From Octopus vulgaris (taxonomy: Eukaryota), in NCBI GenBank assembly GCA_951406725.2, contig OX597842.1, positions 26,040,001 through 26,104,000 of the forward strand: a stretch of 64,000 bases of DNA, read 5' to 3'. Positions 47,302-60,143 of the stretch are shown one piece after another. The translations under genes and the position numbers were made by a program. The notes under the pieces are model-generated. The model had not been told where the DNA came from. It saw only the letters and a list, made by a program, of their open reading frames with translations, and did not search any database. How positions within the stretch are numbered: the first letter of the stretch is position 1; each line of letters begins with the position of its first letter.

Positions 47302-50300
47302 AATAATATTGTTTTTTTTTCTTTTCTATGAATATGTTTGTGTTCATTTGCATTACTTTTTTTAGAGAATACTTTAATGTTAATCTTTCTTTCACCTGTG
47401 ATCTTACTTAATACCTAAATCAACAGGTGAAAACTGTCAACTCGTTTGTAAAGTTATCCAAACTTGTAAAGCAATCACCTCTTTGACATTCCAGACAAGA
47501 GAAATACTTTTCTGTTGTTTGTCATAGATTATATTTATATAGAAACGTTGATGTATAGATGAATGCTCCTTATAAATATATCATCTTCCTTTAGTTGATG
47601 AAAATATCAAAGGCACATCTGAATGAAGTAATTTCTTTCACGTCAACATGATGTGATATTCTGAAATAGAAAAAGAAACAGTAAGATAAAGAGGATAGTT
47701 AAGTGACATAGTAATTCAACATTGTAAATATTACAACAGTAACACTGTCAGCCATTTAATGTCAATGTTTACAGGGGTCAGAGTTCATTGAGGTGTTGAA
47801 ACATTGGTATACCCACACAAGTTTACTACACACTTCACCTTTACCTTTCAGAAAAATGTTTGATTTAAGACTTCATGTTGCCCGACCGGAATTCCCTTTT
47901 CTGGACCAGCTCGCTAGCTATCCAGCAGTGAAGGTCCCTCTCTTCATGTGGTCTACCATGAGCCCATGGTCAGTGCCCTACACATCATTAGGAACTTTTC
48001 GCTTTGACCGGCAGATTTTTAAAATAATTTCTATGTAACTAAAAAATTTTAAACTTCGTATACTGGTAGAATGTGTTTATAAAACATCTTTTTCTCTTCG
48101 CTTTATTGAGAAAATTCTGTTGTTTGTAACATATTTGTTGTTTAATTTCTTGCATTTCGGCAATTTCAACCAATCAAAGACGTCTATTGAGGTGAAAACG
48201 ATTTCTGCCGTAACATATACTGGCGGCGTCATATGAAAATGTCCCTGATTTTTATGAGAAAAAAGATACCCTGTGACCATAAACTGAGAGGTCTCTCGTA
48301 AACAGAGCTGGATAACAAAACCGTTCCCTTTTTAGTGTCCACCCATAATTATGACCCTAGTATCGATCTATTGCATTTCAATCTGTTTTAGGGTTGAGGG
48401 AAGGGTATCTTTTTTTCTTCAGAAATGTAAATAAACCCAATCTGTTTCTTAAACGAGGGACATATTCATACAGCACAGAATGTTTTCACCTCAATAGACG
48501 TCATTGATTGGTTGAAATTGAAGAAAATAAACAACAAATATCTTACAAACTATAGAATTTTCTCAATAAAGCCAAGAGAAAAACATGTTTTATAAACACA
48601 TTCTACCAGTATACGAAGTTTAAAAGTGTTTAGTTACGTGGAAAATATTTTTAAAAACTGCCGTTCAAACCGAAAGGATCCCAGAGTCGATCTCGACAGT
48701 AAGTCTTGGGTTCAAATATAGCCGAGGTTCACTTTGCCGTTCATCCCTTTCAGGAAATTCTGGGGCCCGTGTCATCGACTCCCGCTCGCCCTGGGCCAAA
48801 ATTTGAAACCACCATTACGATTATTAATATAACCTTAAAGCAAATCTTCATTAACTTACCGTTTTATCAATGCCTCATTAACAACGGGACAGAATTAATT
48901 AATGTGGTATTCTTCAATCGGTTTTTCTCATTTTACTAAATTATGCCACATTACATTCATTTTTACCAACTAATTTACTTTATATCACATGTATCAGTCG
49001 GTCATAGTATTTTATAAACAACAGATCAACATTTCAGTTTGGAAATTATTAATTAAGACGAACAACTATATTTTCCTAATTATCGACAGGTTCCCGCTTG
49101 GAAAAATAATTACTGTAACATCGAGAGGTTCACAGAATTCTATTATTTACCTTATTATTACTAGTATTATCAACAATATTACAGCCTTAAAGTAAATCTG
49201 TGTCAACTTACCGTATTCACAAATAAACAGCGACTCAGTGATCGGTAATTAACCTCCCTAATTAACTTCCCTAATCAGCTACTTTGGCCTCGTGGTTGAT
49301 ATGTTGTACAAGTTGTGTCCCTTGATATGATAGTATTTCCTCAATTCTCCAATAGAGAGCGCTACTGACTTGTTGGATTCGTTACGGTGTTTTTTTAACT
49401 TTGTCCCTTTCTGTCAATAACTCCATCTTCAAGTTTTTTTTATATTCTCACCAGATTATTTTAACAAAGCGTACTAGTATACTCTAGGATCTTTTCGGTT
49501 TGACCGGCAGTTTTCTAAATTAATTTCCACGTAACTAAACACTTTTAAACTTCGTATACTGGTAGAATGTGTTTATAAAACATTTTCTCTTGGCTTTATT
49601 GAGAAAATTCTATAGTTTGTAAGATATTTGTTGTTTTTTTCTTCAATTTCAACCAATCAATGACGTCTATTGAGGTGAAAACATTCTGTGCCGTATGAAT
49701 ATGTCCCTCGTTTAAGAAACAGATTGGGTTTATTTACATTTCGGAAGAAAAAGATACCCTTCCCCCCACCCCTATCGCTAAATAAGATTGAAATGCAATA
49801 GATCAATACTAGGGTCATAATTATGGGTGACAATTTCATATGACACCGCTAGAAAAAACTGCCGGTCAAACGGAAAAGATCGGAAGTCCCTTCTCTGCAG
49901 AGCAAATCACTAAGTAGCCTGCTGTGAGGTTCCTGTCTATAGTCCGTCTGTTATAAATTTATGGCCAGTGCCCTAAACAAGCATTCAGGGTCTTCACCCA
50001 CACCTCGTCTTCGAACTGTACAGACACCATGCTGAGATGTCTCCCTTTTCACTAGAATATGGCTCTTTTCGAGGCAGACTCTTCGGTTTGCCCTACCCTG
50101 GACGTTATGTTGTACCAGAAGACTACCTCCATTGTCTTCTGGCAATTTCAGCAGCACTCTCTCCATATAGCCATCTGCTCTGGACCACAGTCGACCATTG
50201 AGGGGTTTACATTTTCCCAATAGTTCATGATGTCAATGGCTACCCCATTCCGGTCTCCTTCCACCCGAATCATTCCTGTTTTGTGTGCTGGGTTGACGGA

Positions 50301-50499
50301 TTAGCATCTGTTGCAATTCCACACTACCTACAAATGCTCTCTCTCCAGTGACATTGGGGTAACCATCGGGGCTGAAAACCATGTCTTGTTGAGCCCTCAT
50401 ATTGTGCATGATATACGGCCTCGATCCACCGCCTTCCAGCCGACAAGCTGCAGCTACTGCACTCAGAACATTTTCTTCAAACATTTCTTTCAAGATACC

Positions 50500-50813
50500 C
50501 GTGCCAGTGACACGTAAAAAGCACCACCCGAACATGGAAGATGCCAGCACCGCCTGACTGGCGTCCATGTCGGTGACACACAAAAGCATCAACCAATCGG
50601 AACTGTTTGCCAAGCCTCATGCAGCCCCTGTGCCGGTAGCACTAAAAAATACCCACTTCACTCATGGAGTGGTTGGCGTTAGGAAGGGCATCCAGCTGTA
50701 GAAACACTGCCAGATCAGACTGGAGCCTGGTGCAGCCTCCAGGCTTCCCATAGCCCAGTTGAACCATCCAACCCATGCTAGCATGGAAAACGGACAGTAA
50801 ATGATGATGATGA
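50500..50813 (+). mobile_element. RTE 3' tail (others at 33414-33582 -, 44840-44993 +)
   Basis: Conserved tail motif and (gat)n. Confidence 0.8.
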
Positions 50814-51024
50814 TTTCTTTCATACTAATATCTAAGCTGTATTGATTATGGATAGTTTGATATTAATTTTAGTCCCCAATATTTAAAATTCCATACTCCC
50901 TTATTTGGTTAGTTTTTTCCTGTTAAATACAACCAACCCCACCTGATTGTTTACTTTGTATATGGGAATTCAAAATTAGCTCCTTTATAGAGAGAATCTA
51001 TAGAGAGAATGTAACCCTTTCTCT

Positions 51025-51977
51025 TTCTCTTTTACTTGTTTCAGTCATTTGACTGCGGCCATGCTAGAGCATCGCCTTTTAGTCGAGCAAATCGACCCCA
51101 GGACTTATTCTTTGTAAGCCTAGTACTTATCCTATTGGTCTCTTTTGCCGAACCACTAAGTAATGGGAACGTAAACACACCAGCATCGGTTGTCAAGCGA
51201 TGTTGGGGAGACAAACACAGACACACAAACACACACATATATATACGACGGGCTTCTTTCAGTTTCCGTCTACCAAATCCACTCACAAGGCTTTGGTTGG
51301 CCCGAGGCTATAGTAGAAGACACTTGCCCAAGGTGCCACGCAGTGGGACTTAACCCGGAACTGTGTGGTTGGTAAGCAAGCTACTTACCACACAGCCACT
51401 CCTATATATATATGCGATGGGCTTCTTTCAGTTCCCATTTACCAAATCCACTCACAAGGCTTTGGTCGGCCCGAGGCTATAATAGAAGACACTTGCCCAA
51501 GGTGCTATGTAGTGGGACTGAACCCTGGAACCATGTGGTTGGTAAACAAGCTACTTACCACACAGCCACTCCTACGCCTATAATAATTATAGCTTTTTCT
51601 ATGAACATGCATTCGCACCAGGGATTACCTACAACCAAACAGTCAATAAATGCAGACAGGCGTGTTTGTGTGGTAAGGAACTTTCTTTCCAACCTCATGG
51701 TTTGTGGTTCAATCCCAATGCAGAGCACATTGAGCAAGTGCCTTCAGCTATACCTATTTCTTTATTACCCTCAAGGGGCTAAACATAGAGGGGACAAACA
51801 TAGGTATTAAGTCGATTACATTGACCCCAGTGCATAACTGGTACTTAATTTATCGACCCCGAAAGGATGAAAGGCAAAGTCGACCTGGGCGGAATTTGAA
51901 CTCACAACGTAGCGGCAGCCGAAATACCGCTAAGCATTTCGCCCAACGTGCTAACGATTCTGCCAGCTGGCCGCCTT
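51025..51977 (-). mobile_element. SINE cluster: family A (51025-51400, 51415-51578) and family B monomer (51755-51977)
   Basis: Reverse-complement matches to copies elsewhere in the window. Confidence 0.85.
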
Positions 51978-52693
51978 CAGCAATATCTCGGTTTAACCAA
52001 AGTCATCATCATTATCATCATTTAATGTCCATTGTCCAAGTTGACATGTTTCGGACGGTTTGACCAGGACTGCGCCGTTCAAGAATTGGACCTGGAGATC
52101 TCCATTTCCAGCGACTTCGAGGGCCACCTCCCAGTGGTGTCAGGGCGTCAACGAAGAGCCCTCGACTACAAGACGACCACAGTTATTTTTTTTTTTCGAA
52201 GGTCTGGGGTCTCCTGCCCCTAAGCCCTAGACCATCACCTAATCACCCTTACCTGGAGAAAGAAATACAAAAGGCCTTACCTTTTGACCTAGGTGGGATG
52301 AGCAATCACTGTCAAGAAATAAACATGTCCTTGCACGCTGCTGTCTCTCCTTGAACTTCCTGCCCATGCATGCCCCGTGGCTGTTACTCCGGCCCCTGCA
52401 GTCTTCACTTCTGAAAACCTCATCTGCAATCCTCTCCACCAACACCACATAGCTCATCACAGCCCATAACACCACACTATACATGCTTTCTTCATCAAAA
52501 TTTAATGTCTGTGTTCCGTACAGGCATATGTTGGATAGGTTGACCAGAACTGACAAAGCCATGAGCTGCACCAGTTTCCCTTATCTGATTTGGCATTTCT
52601 ACAGCAGAATGCATTTCCTAATACTCTTACTCTTTACTCTTTTACTTGTTTCAGTCATTTGACTGCGGCCATGTTGGAGCACTGCCTTTTAAT

Positions 52694-52897
52694 TGATGTC
52701 ATCAAGAGTGAAAGCGCGCCGTTTCGTTGCCGACCTATCGACGGACGGAATGAAGTATTATAGAAGTTATTTTCCTTCGTTTCATAGTATTTCTCTAATT
52801 GTCTCCTAGATGGCTCTACTGACTGGTGGGATTCCCTCAAGTTTCCCCCACAGTTTTATTCTATTAACATCTATATTGTGTGTCAAGGCGCTCATTT
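52694..52897 (-). promoter_or_regulatory. Left-facing copy of the putative ZNF promoter module
   Basis: Its reverse complement joins the 58009-58125 and 59939-60028 segments (ggcgcgc..cactcttgatgacatca). A finger remnant follows at 52898-52960. Confidence 0.5.
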
Positions 52898-53729
52898 GAG
52901 GGAATGATTTGCCACAGATCTCACACTGATATATCTTCTCTCCTGTAAGAATATATTTGTTTAGCTAAAACGCTAAATAGAAAATCTCACAGTGATAAAA
53001 TCTTTATTATGATCCTGAGATCGAACATAGAAAACGACATAACAGTACAAAGAATTACAAAAATGGGATCTTTTCCTTTTCAACGGCAGTTTTCAACACA
53101 ATTTCTAGTTAACTAAACTCATTTAAACTTTGTATACTGGGAGAATGTGTCAAAATAAAACATTTTTTTCTCTTGGCTTTCTTGGGAAAATTGTAATTTG
53201 TAAGTTTAACGTAGTTTAATTATTCGAATTTTAACCAATCCTATGCCCTCTATTGAGCTAAAATCATTTGCTGCGTCTAAAACAGACAACATCCTGTCAC
53301 TAACCCTTCAACTGCAGAATGCATTTCCTAATGTCAGCCCTTCTACAGAGTGCACTGGGTGTTATTTTTTCTTTTTTATGTGACAACAAAACCAACAGGG
53401 CCCCCAAGGACCCTGCAAGACAAAACATCTCAAAACTGGAAGGGAGGAAGGTAGTATTGAAGGAACGTCACTTTGTGCCAGTTGACAGGTTTAAGGTAGA
53501 AAGGGAACAGGGTCCAGATATAGAGCAATAAAAACAAACACAAAATAAATATCTTATTCATTATTCTTTATTAAGAAATTCCTATAACTGATGAAAGGAA
53601 AAAGCCTGTGTTTTAGCAGACCAATTAGTGTTAATTATCGTTATAACTTAATAAATTTTGACATTGAGACAGAAACACGTCTCTGTGAATACCCCCATGT
53701 TTATTCATGTGGCTTTTTCGAGAGAATGA

Positions 53730-54103
53730 TAGGAGAGTGTGCACCCTCTGGTATCGCGAGCAGATGGGTTCCAGAGGAGAAGAGTAGAAATTGCATCGTT
53801 TTCAGCTCTACAACAACCAAAGTACAAATATATGGGAAACTACCACCTGTGTCATCTCTTGTGAAAGGTAGAAGAGTCCAGTTTGCTGGACATTGTTGTA
53901 GAGCTGAAAACGATGCAATTTCTACTCTTCTCCACTGGAAGCCATCTGCTCGTGATACCAGAGGATGCACACTCTCCTACCCTGATGTAATCTCCAAGGA
54001 TACAGGCATCCAGCAACAAGACCTCCGTAATGCAATGATGGACCGTGAAGTCTGGCGTAGCATAGTAAATTCCATTGTCTCGACCACGGTCGAACAATGA
54101 TGA
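53730..54103 (+). mobile_element. RTE-like LINE 3' fragment with an inverted duplicate of its own sequence at the 5' end
   Basis: IYGKLPPVSSLVKGRRVQFAGHC..AMMDREVWRSIV..* then tgatga; 53730-53816 is the reverse complement of 53893-53979. Confidence 0.8.
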
Positions 54104-54181
54104 ATATTACATAGGTTGTGTCTGGTATGAACATTTTCGTGTGTAGTTACAACACAATTTCCAAAAAATGAATTACAACAA

Positions 54182-57156
54182 CTAATGAAGAAAATGGTTT
54201 CTCCCCTGCATGTGTCTTATTAGTGAGGTGATTAATTTGAAAGACTTACCACAAACAAAACAGTGATAGGGTTTCTCTCCTGTATGAACACGTTTGTGAG
54301 TAACCAATTGACAATTAAGGGCAAATGATTTAGCATGGTAATTACATTGATATGGTTTCTCTCCTGTATGTGTAAGTTTGTGATAAGCCAAATGACTCTC
54401 TTGAGAGAATGATTTACCACAGATAACACAAAGATATGGCTTCTCTCATGTATGTGTAAGTTTGTGATAAACCAAATGACTCTCTTGAGAGAATGATTTA
54501 CCACAGATAACACAAAGATATGGCTTCTCTCGTGTATGTGTAAGTTTGTGATAAACCAAATGACTCTCTTGAGAGAATGATTTACCACAGATAACACAAA
54601 GATATGGCTTCTCTTGTGTATGTGTAAGTTTGTGATAAACCAAATGACTCTCTTGAGAGAATGATTTACCACAGATAACACAAAGATATGGCTTCTCTTG
54701 TGTATGTGTAAGTTTGTGATAAACCAAATGACTCTCTTGAGAGAATGATTTACCACAGATAACACAAAGATATGGCTTCTCTCGTGTATGTGTAAGTTTG
54801 TGATAAACCAAATGACTCTCTTGAGAGAATGATTTACCACAGATAACACAAAGATATGGCTTCTCTCGTGTATGTGTAAGTTTGTGATAAACCAAATGAC
54901 TCTCTTGAGAGAATGATTTACCACAGATAACACAAAGATATGGCTTCTCTCGTGTATGTGTAAGTTTGTGATAAACCAAATGACTCTCTTGAGAGAATGA
55001 TTTACCACAGATAACACAAAGATATGGCTTCTCTCGTGTATGTGTAAGTTTGTGATAAACCAAATGACTCTCTTGAGAGAATGATTTACCACAGATAACA
55101 CAAAGATATGGCTTCTCTCGTGTATGTGTAAGTTTGTGATAAACCAAATGACTCTCTTGAGAGAATGATTTACCACAGATAACACAAAGATATGGCTTCT
55201 CTCGTGTATGTGTAAGTTTGTGATAAACCAAATGACTCTCTTGAGAGAATGATTTACCACAGATAACACAAAGATATGGCTTCTCTCGTGTATGTGTAAG
55301 TTTGTGATAAACCAAATGACTCTCTTGAGAGAATGATTTACCACAGATAACACAAAGATATGGCTTCTCTCGTGTATGTGTAAGTTTGTGATAAACCAAA
55401 TGACTCTCTTGAGAGAATGATTTACCACAGATAACACAAAGATATGGCTTCTCTCGTGTATGTGTAAGTTTGTGATAAACCAAATGACTCTCTTGAGAGA
55501 ATGATTTACCACAGATAACACAAAGATATGGCTTCTCTCGTGTATGTGTAAGTTTGTGATAAACCAAATGACTCTCTTGAGAGAATGATTTACCACAGAT
55601 AACACAAAGATATGGCTTCTCTCGTGTATGTGTAAGTTTGTGATAAACCAAATGACTCTCTTGAGAGAATGATTTACCACAGATAACACAAAGATATGGC
55701 TTCTCTCGTGTATGTGTAAGTTTGTGATAAACCAAATGACTCTCTTGAGAGAATGATTTACCACAGATAACACAAAGATATAGCTTCTCTCGTGTATGTG
55801 TAAGTTTGTGATAAACCAAATGACTCTCTTGAGAGAATGATTTACCACAGATAACACAAAGATATGGCTTCTCTCGTGTATGTGTAAGTTTGTGATAAAC
55901 CAAATGACTCTCTTGAGAGAATGATTTACCACAGATAACACAAAGATATGGCTTCTCTCGTGTATGTGTAAGTTTGTGATAAACCAAATGACTCTCTTGA
56001 GAGAATGATTTACCACAGATAACACAAAGATATGGCTTCTCTCGTGTATGTGTAAGTTTGTGATAAACCAAATGACTCTCTTGAGAGAATGATTTACCAC
56101 AGATAACACAAAGATATGGCTTCTCTCGTGTATATATATGGCTGTGCATAATCAAGTGTTTCTTTTGAGAGAATGGTTTACCACAGATATCACAATGATA
56201 TGGTCTCTCTCTTCTATGAATGCGATTGTGATCAACCAAATTACTATTACGAGAGAATGGTTTACCACAGATATCACACTGATATGGTTTTTCACCAGTA
56301 TGAATCTTCTTATAGTTAGTTAAAACTTTACGTTCACAGAATGATTTACCACAGATATCACAATGATAAGGTTTCTCACCAGTATGTGTAGGCTTGTGTC
56401 TAGCCAAGTGAGTGCTTTCAGAGAATGATTTACCAATGATAGTCAAGTGATTTCCTTGAGAGAAAGGTTTACCACAGATATCACACAGATATGGTCTCTA
56501 CCATGTATGTGTAATTTTGTGATTAGACAAATGATTTGCTTGAGAGAATGACTTACCACAGATATCACAATGATAAGGTTTCTCTCCTGTATGTGTACGT
56601 TTGTGTGTAGTTACACTACCATTCTGAGAGAATGATTTACCGCAGATATCACAATGATATGGTTTTTCACCAGTATGAATCTTCTTATGGTTAGTTAAAA
56701 CTTTACGTTCACAGAATGAATTACCACAGATATCACAATTAAATGGTCTCTCTCCTGTATGAGTGCGATTGTGACTAACCAATTGACTATTACGAGAGTA
56801 AGATTTACCACGGATATCACACTGATATGGTTTTTCCCCAGTATGAATCTTCTTATGTTTCGTCAAAACCGTACGTTCACAGAATGATTTACCACAGATA
56901 TCACAATGATAGGGTCTCTCTCCGTGTGAACGCGTTTGTGAGTAACCAAATGACAATTATAAGAGAATGATTTACCACAGATATCACAATGATAGGGTCT
57001 CTCTCCTGTATGTGTACGTTGGTGATAAGTTAAGTAACGATACTGGAGGAATGATTTTCCACAGATATTACAATTATATACCTTTACCTCTGTGTCGGGG
57101 ATTTCTGGTTTACTTAAATTATTCATTATGAGAGAATTACTTATCATACGTATCAC
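54182..57156 (-). pseudogene. C2H2 zinc-finger gene ZNF-3 (more than 30 finger units) with frameshifts and a stop as assembled
   Basis: Finger ORFs in different frames (57156-56863, 56956-56498, 56446-54446, 54391-54182); TGA at 54446-54448; acceptor 57507-57509; donor 57950. Confidence 0.75.
54365..56131 (-). repeat. 21 x 84-bp near-identical zinc-finger minisatellite ([28 protein letters not shown])
   Basis: gagagaatgatttaccacagataacac recurs every 84 bp from 54403 to 56083; about five substitutions seen in total. Confidence 0.97.
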
Positions 57157-58959
57157 AACGATAATGTGCTTTTCATTTCTATGAATATGTTTATGTTCCG
57201 TTGTGTCACTTCATGCAGAGAAGAATTTAATGCAATCCTTCTTCCATCCACGATCTTACTTGATGGAAATTGTAAACTCCTTAGTAAATTTATCAAACTT
57301 TAATTAACTAGGAAAGCAATCACCTCCTCCAAATTTCAGAGGAAGAAAAATATTCCGCTGTTCCTTGTTATAGACTGTATTTATATACAGAGGTAGACTT
57401 ATTTATGAATGCTCCTTATAAATATACTGTCTTCCTTTAGGTGATGAGAATATTGAAGACACTTCTGAATGGAGAGATTTCCTTCACACCAACATGTTGT
57501 GATATTCTGAAATAGGAAAAGAAGCAGTTAAATAAAACTGGATAGTTGACCAACATAAGTAATTCAACATTGCAGAATTTACATCACTACCATTGTCATG
57601 CATTTACTGTCCATGCTTGAATAAGTAGATTGAGCTGGAAGGTGTTAGAAGCTAATGGGAATGGAGCTAGCCAAAACGAAAATATAGTGGGCATAACATG
57701 ACCAGAGTAGTGAGTTGATGCCATCCAGAATTTGCTTAACAGCATTTCGTTCGTGAACAGCCGATAATAGGTTTTCACAAACAACAAACCAACATTTCAG
57801 TTTGGAAGTTATTATTTAAGACGAGGAAATATATTTTCCTAAAGTTTTTATGTTTTCGCTTCGAAATAATTACTGTGACACCGAGAAGTTCACAGAATTC
57901 TATTAATTACATTGTTATTAGTAGTATTATTATCATCATTGTCAACTTACCGTATTCAGACAAGAACTGCAAATCACAGACCGATAACTAATTAGTGTAA
58001 TTAATAATAATGAGCGCCTTGACACACAATACAGATATTAACAGAATGAAACTAAGAGAGAAACTGAAAGGAATCCCAACAGTCTGTAGAGCCATCTAGG
58101 AGAGAATTAGAGAACTACTATGAAATGGAATCTTTATTACGATCATGAGGATAGCACGCCGGGCGCAATGCTTAGCAGTATTTCATCTGCCGCTACGTTC
58201 TGAGTTCAAATTCCGCCCAGGTCGACTTTGCCTTTCATCCTTTTGGGGTTGATAAATTAAGTACCAGTGAAACACTGGGGTCATTATAATCGACTTAATC
58301 CCTTTGTCTGTCCTTGTTTGTCCCCTCTGTGTTTAGCCCCTTGTGGGTAGTAAAGAAATATATATAGAATGGGACAATACAGGTCAAACAAAAGACAAAA
58401 ATGTTATATGAGTTTGAATGAGTTACATGTTAAAAATTTACTTTAAAAATATTTTATATAACAATTAAATTTTCCTTTAACTCTCTTTACTCTTTTACTT
58501 GTTTCAGTCATCTGACTGTGGCCATGCTGGAGCACCACCTTTTAGTACTTATTCTATCGGTCTCTTTTTGCCGAACCGCTAAGTGACGGGTACGTAAACA
58601 CACCAGCATCGGTTGTCAAGCAATGCTAGGGGGACAAACACAGACACACAAACACACACACATATACATATATATACATATATACGATGGGCTTCTTCCA
58701 GTTTCCGTCTACCAAATCCACTCACAAGGCATTGGTCGGCCCGGGGCTATAGCAGAAGACACTTGCCCAAGATGCCACGCAGTGGGACTGAACCTGGAAC
58801 CATGTGGTTGGTTAGCAAGCTACTTACCACACAGCCACTCCTGCGCCTAGAACTTTTTAAAAAATAAAACGAAAACAAATAAAAAGATTAAAAGTTCGAA
58901 CCCGGCACCCTAAAGGGCCCAGCAACGATCTTTTCCTTTCATCAATGATTAAGCTGAGA

Positions 58960-59480
58960 AGGCGGCGAGCTGGCAGAAACGTTAGCATGTCGGGCGAAAT
59001 GCTTGGCGATATTTCGTCTGCTGCGACGTTCTGAGTTCGAATTCCGCCGAGGTCGACTTTGCCTTTCATCCTTTCGGGGTCGATAAATTAAGTACCAGTG
59101 AAACACTGGGGTCGATATAATCGACTCAATCGGGCGAAATGCTTGGCGATATTTTGTCTGCTGCGACGTTCTGAGTTCAAATTCCGCCGATGTTGACTTT
59201 GCCTTTCATCCTTTCGGGGTCGATAAATTAAGTACCAGTGAAACACTGGGGTCGATATAATCGACTCAATCGGGCGAAATGCTTGGCGATATTTCGTCTG
59301 CTGCGACGTTCTGAGTTCGAATTCCGCCGAGGTCGACTTTGCCTTTCATCCTTTCGGGGTCGATAAATTAAGTACCAGTGAAACACTGGGGTCGATATAA
59401 TCGACTCAATCGGGCGAAATGCTTGGCGATATTTTGTCTGCCACTACGTTCTGAGTTCGAATTCCGCCGAGGTCGACTTT
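58960..59480 (+). repeat. SINE family B tandem array, 3.5 x 140 bp
   Basis: cgggcgaaatgcttggcg at 58991, 59131, 59271 and 59411. Confidence 0.93.
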
Positions 59481-59938
59481 TCAGTAATCATCAAAGAAAG
59501 GAAAAATTAGTTGCTGGGCCTTATAGGCTGCCGGGTTCAAAATTCGGAGTCTGCACTTCTCCCCCTTTTCATTTTAACATATGTTATGTTTTCTAATGTT
59601 ATCAAAAAAGAAACGCACTAAAGTTCTCGTTATAAAGGCAAAAGTAAGCCAAGTTTTCGTTTATGTCATATCATAACTAAATTTTTAAGTTTCATTCGAA
59701 CTCCCATAACATTCTTTGTAATTGTTTGTCTTGTTATGTCCAAATCTATGTACAATCGTATGATTATAATAAAGATTTAATCAATGATTAAGCTGGGTTA
59801 CTGTCACCCACCTTTCTCATCACATCCTTCCATCGTTTTTCGTATTCATTCGGTGGCAGGGGTCTTTCTCTCCAACCCCATCTTGCTCTTTAGAAGATAT
59901 CTGAAGTAAGACAGCAAATCGGGGCCAGAGATGAAGGA

Positions 59939-60143
59939 AGAAATACTATGAAATGAAGGGAAATAATTCCGGCCGTCGATGGGGAGGAGGAGGCACAAAA
60001 AGGCGCGCCTTCACTCTTGATGACGTCATACACTTACTGGCTTCCTGTGTGTGCAAGGTGCTTTGAAATTGACATCATTATTATTAATTACACTAATTAG
60101 TGATCAGTCTGTGATTTGCAGTTTTTGTCTGAATACGGTAAGT
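59939..60143 (+). promoter_or_regulatory. Putative promoter and non-coding first exon of a fourth, right-facing ZNF paralog
   Basis: CpG-rich ggcgcgcc, CRE palindrome TGACGTCA (60021-60028), and donor gaatacg|gtaagt at 60137/60138, the same as the donors of ZNF-1, -2 and -3. No coding exon lies in the window. Confidence 0.55.

Noticed and set aside
49885-50500. ORFs 49951-50220 and 50233-50613
   Set aside because: No recognisable domain; probably a decayed repeat.
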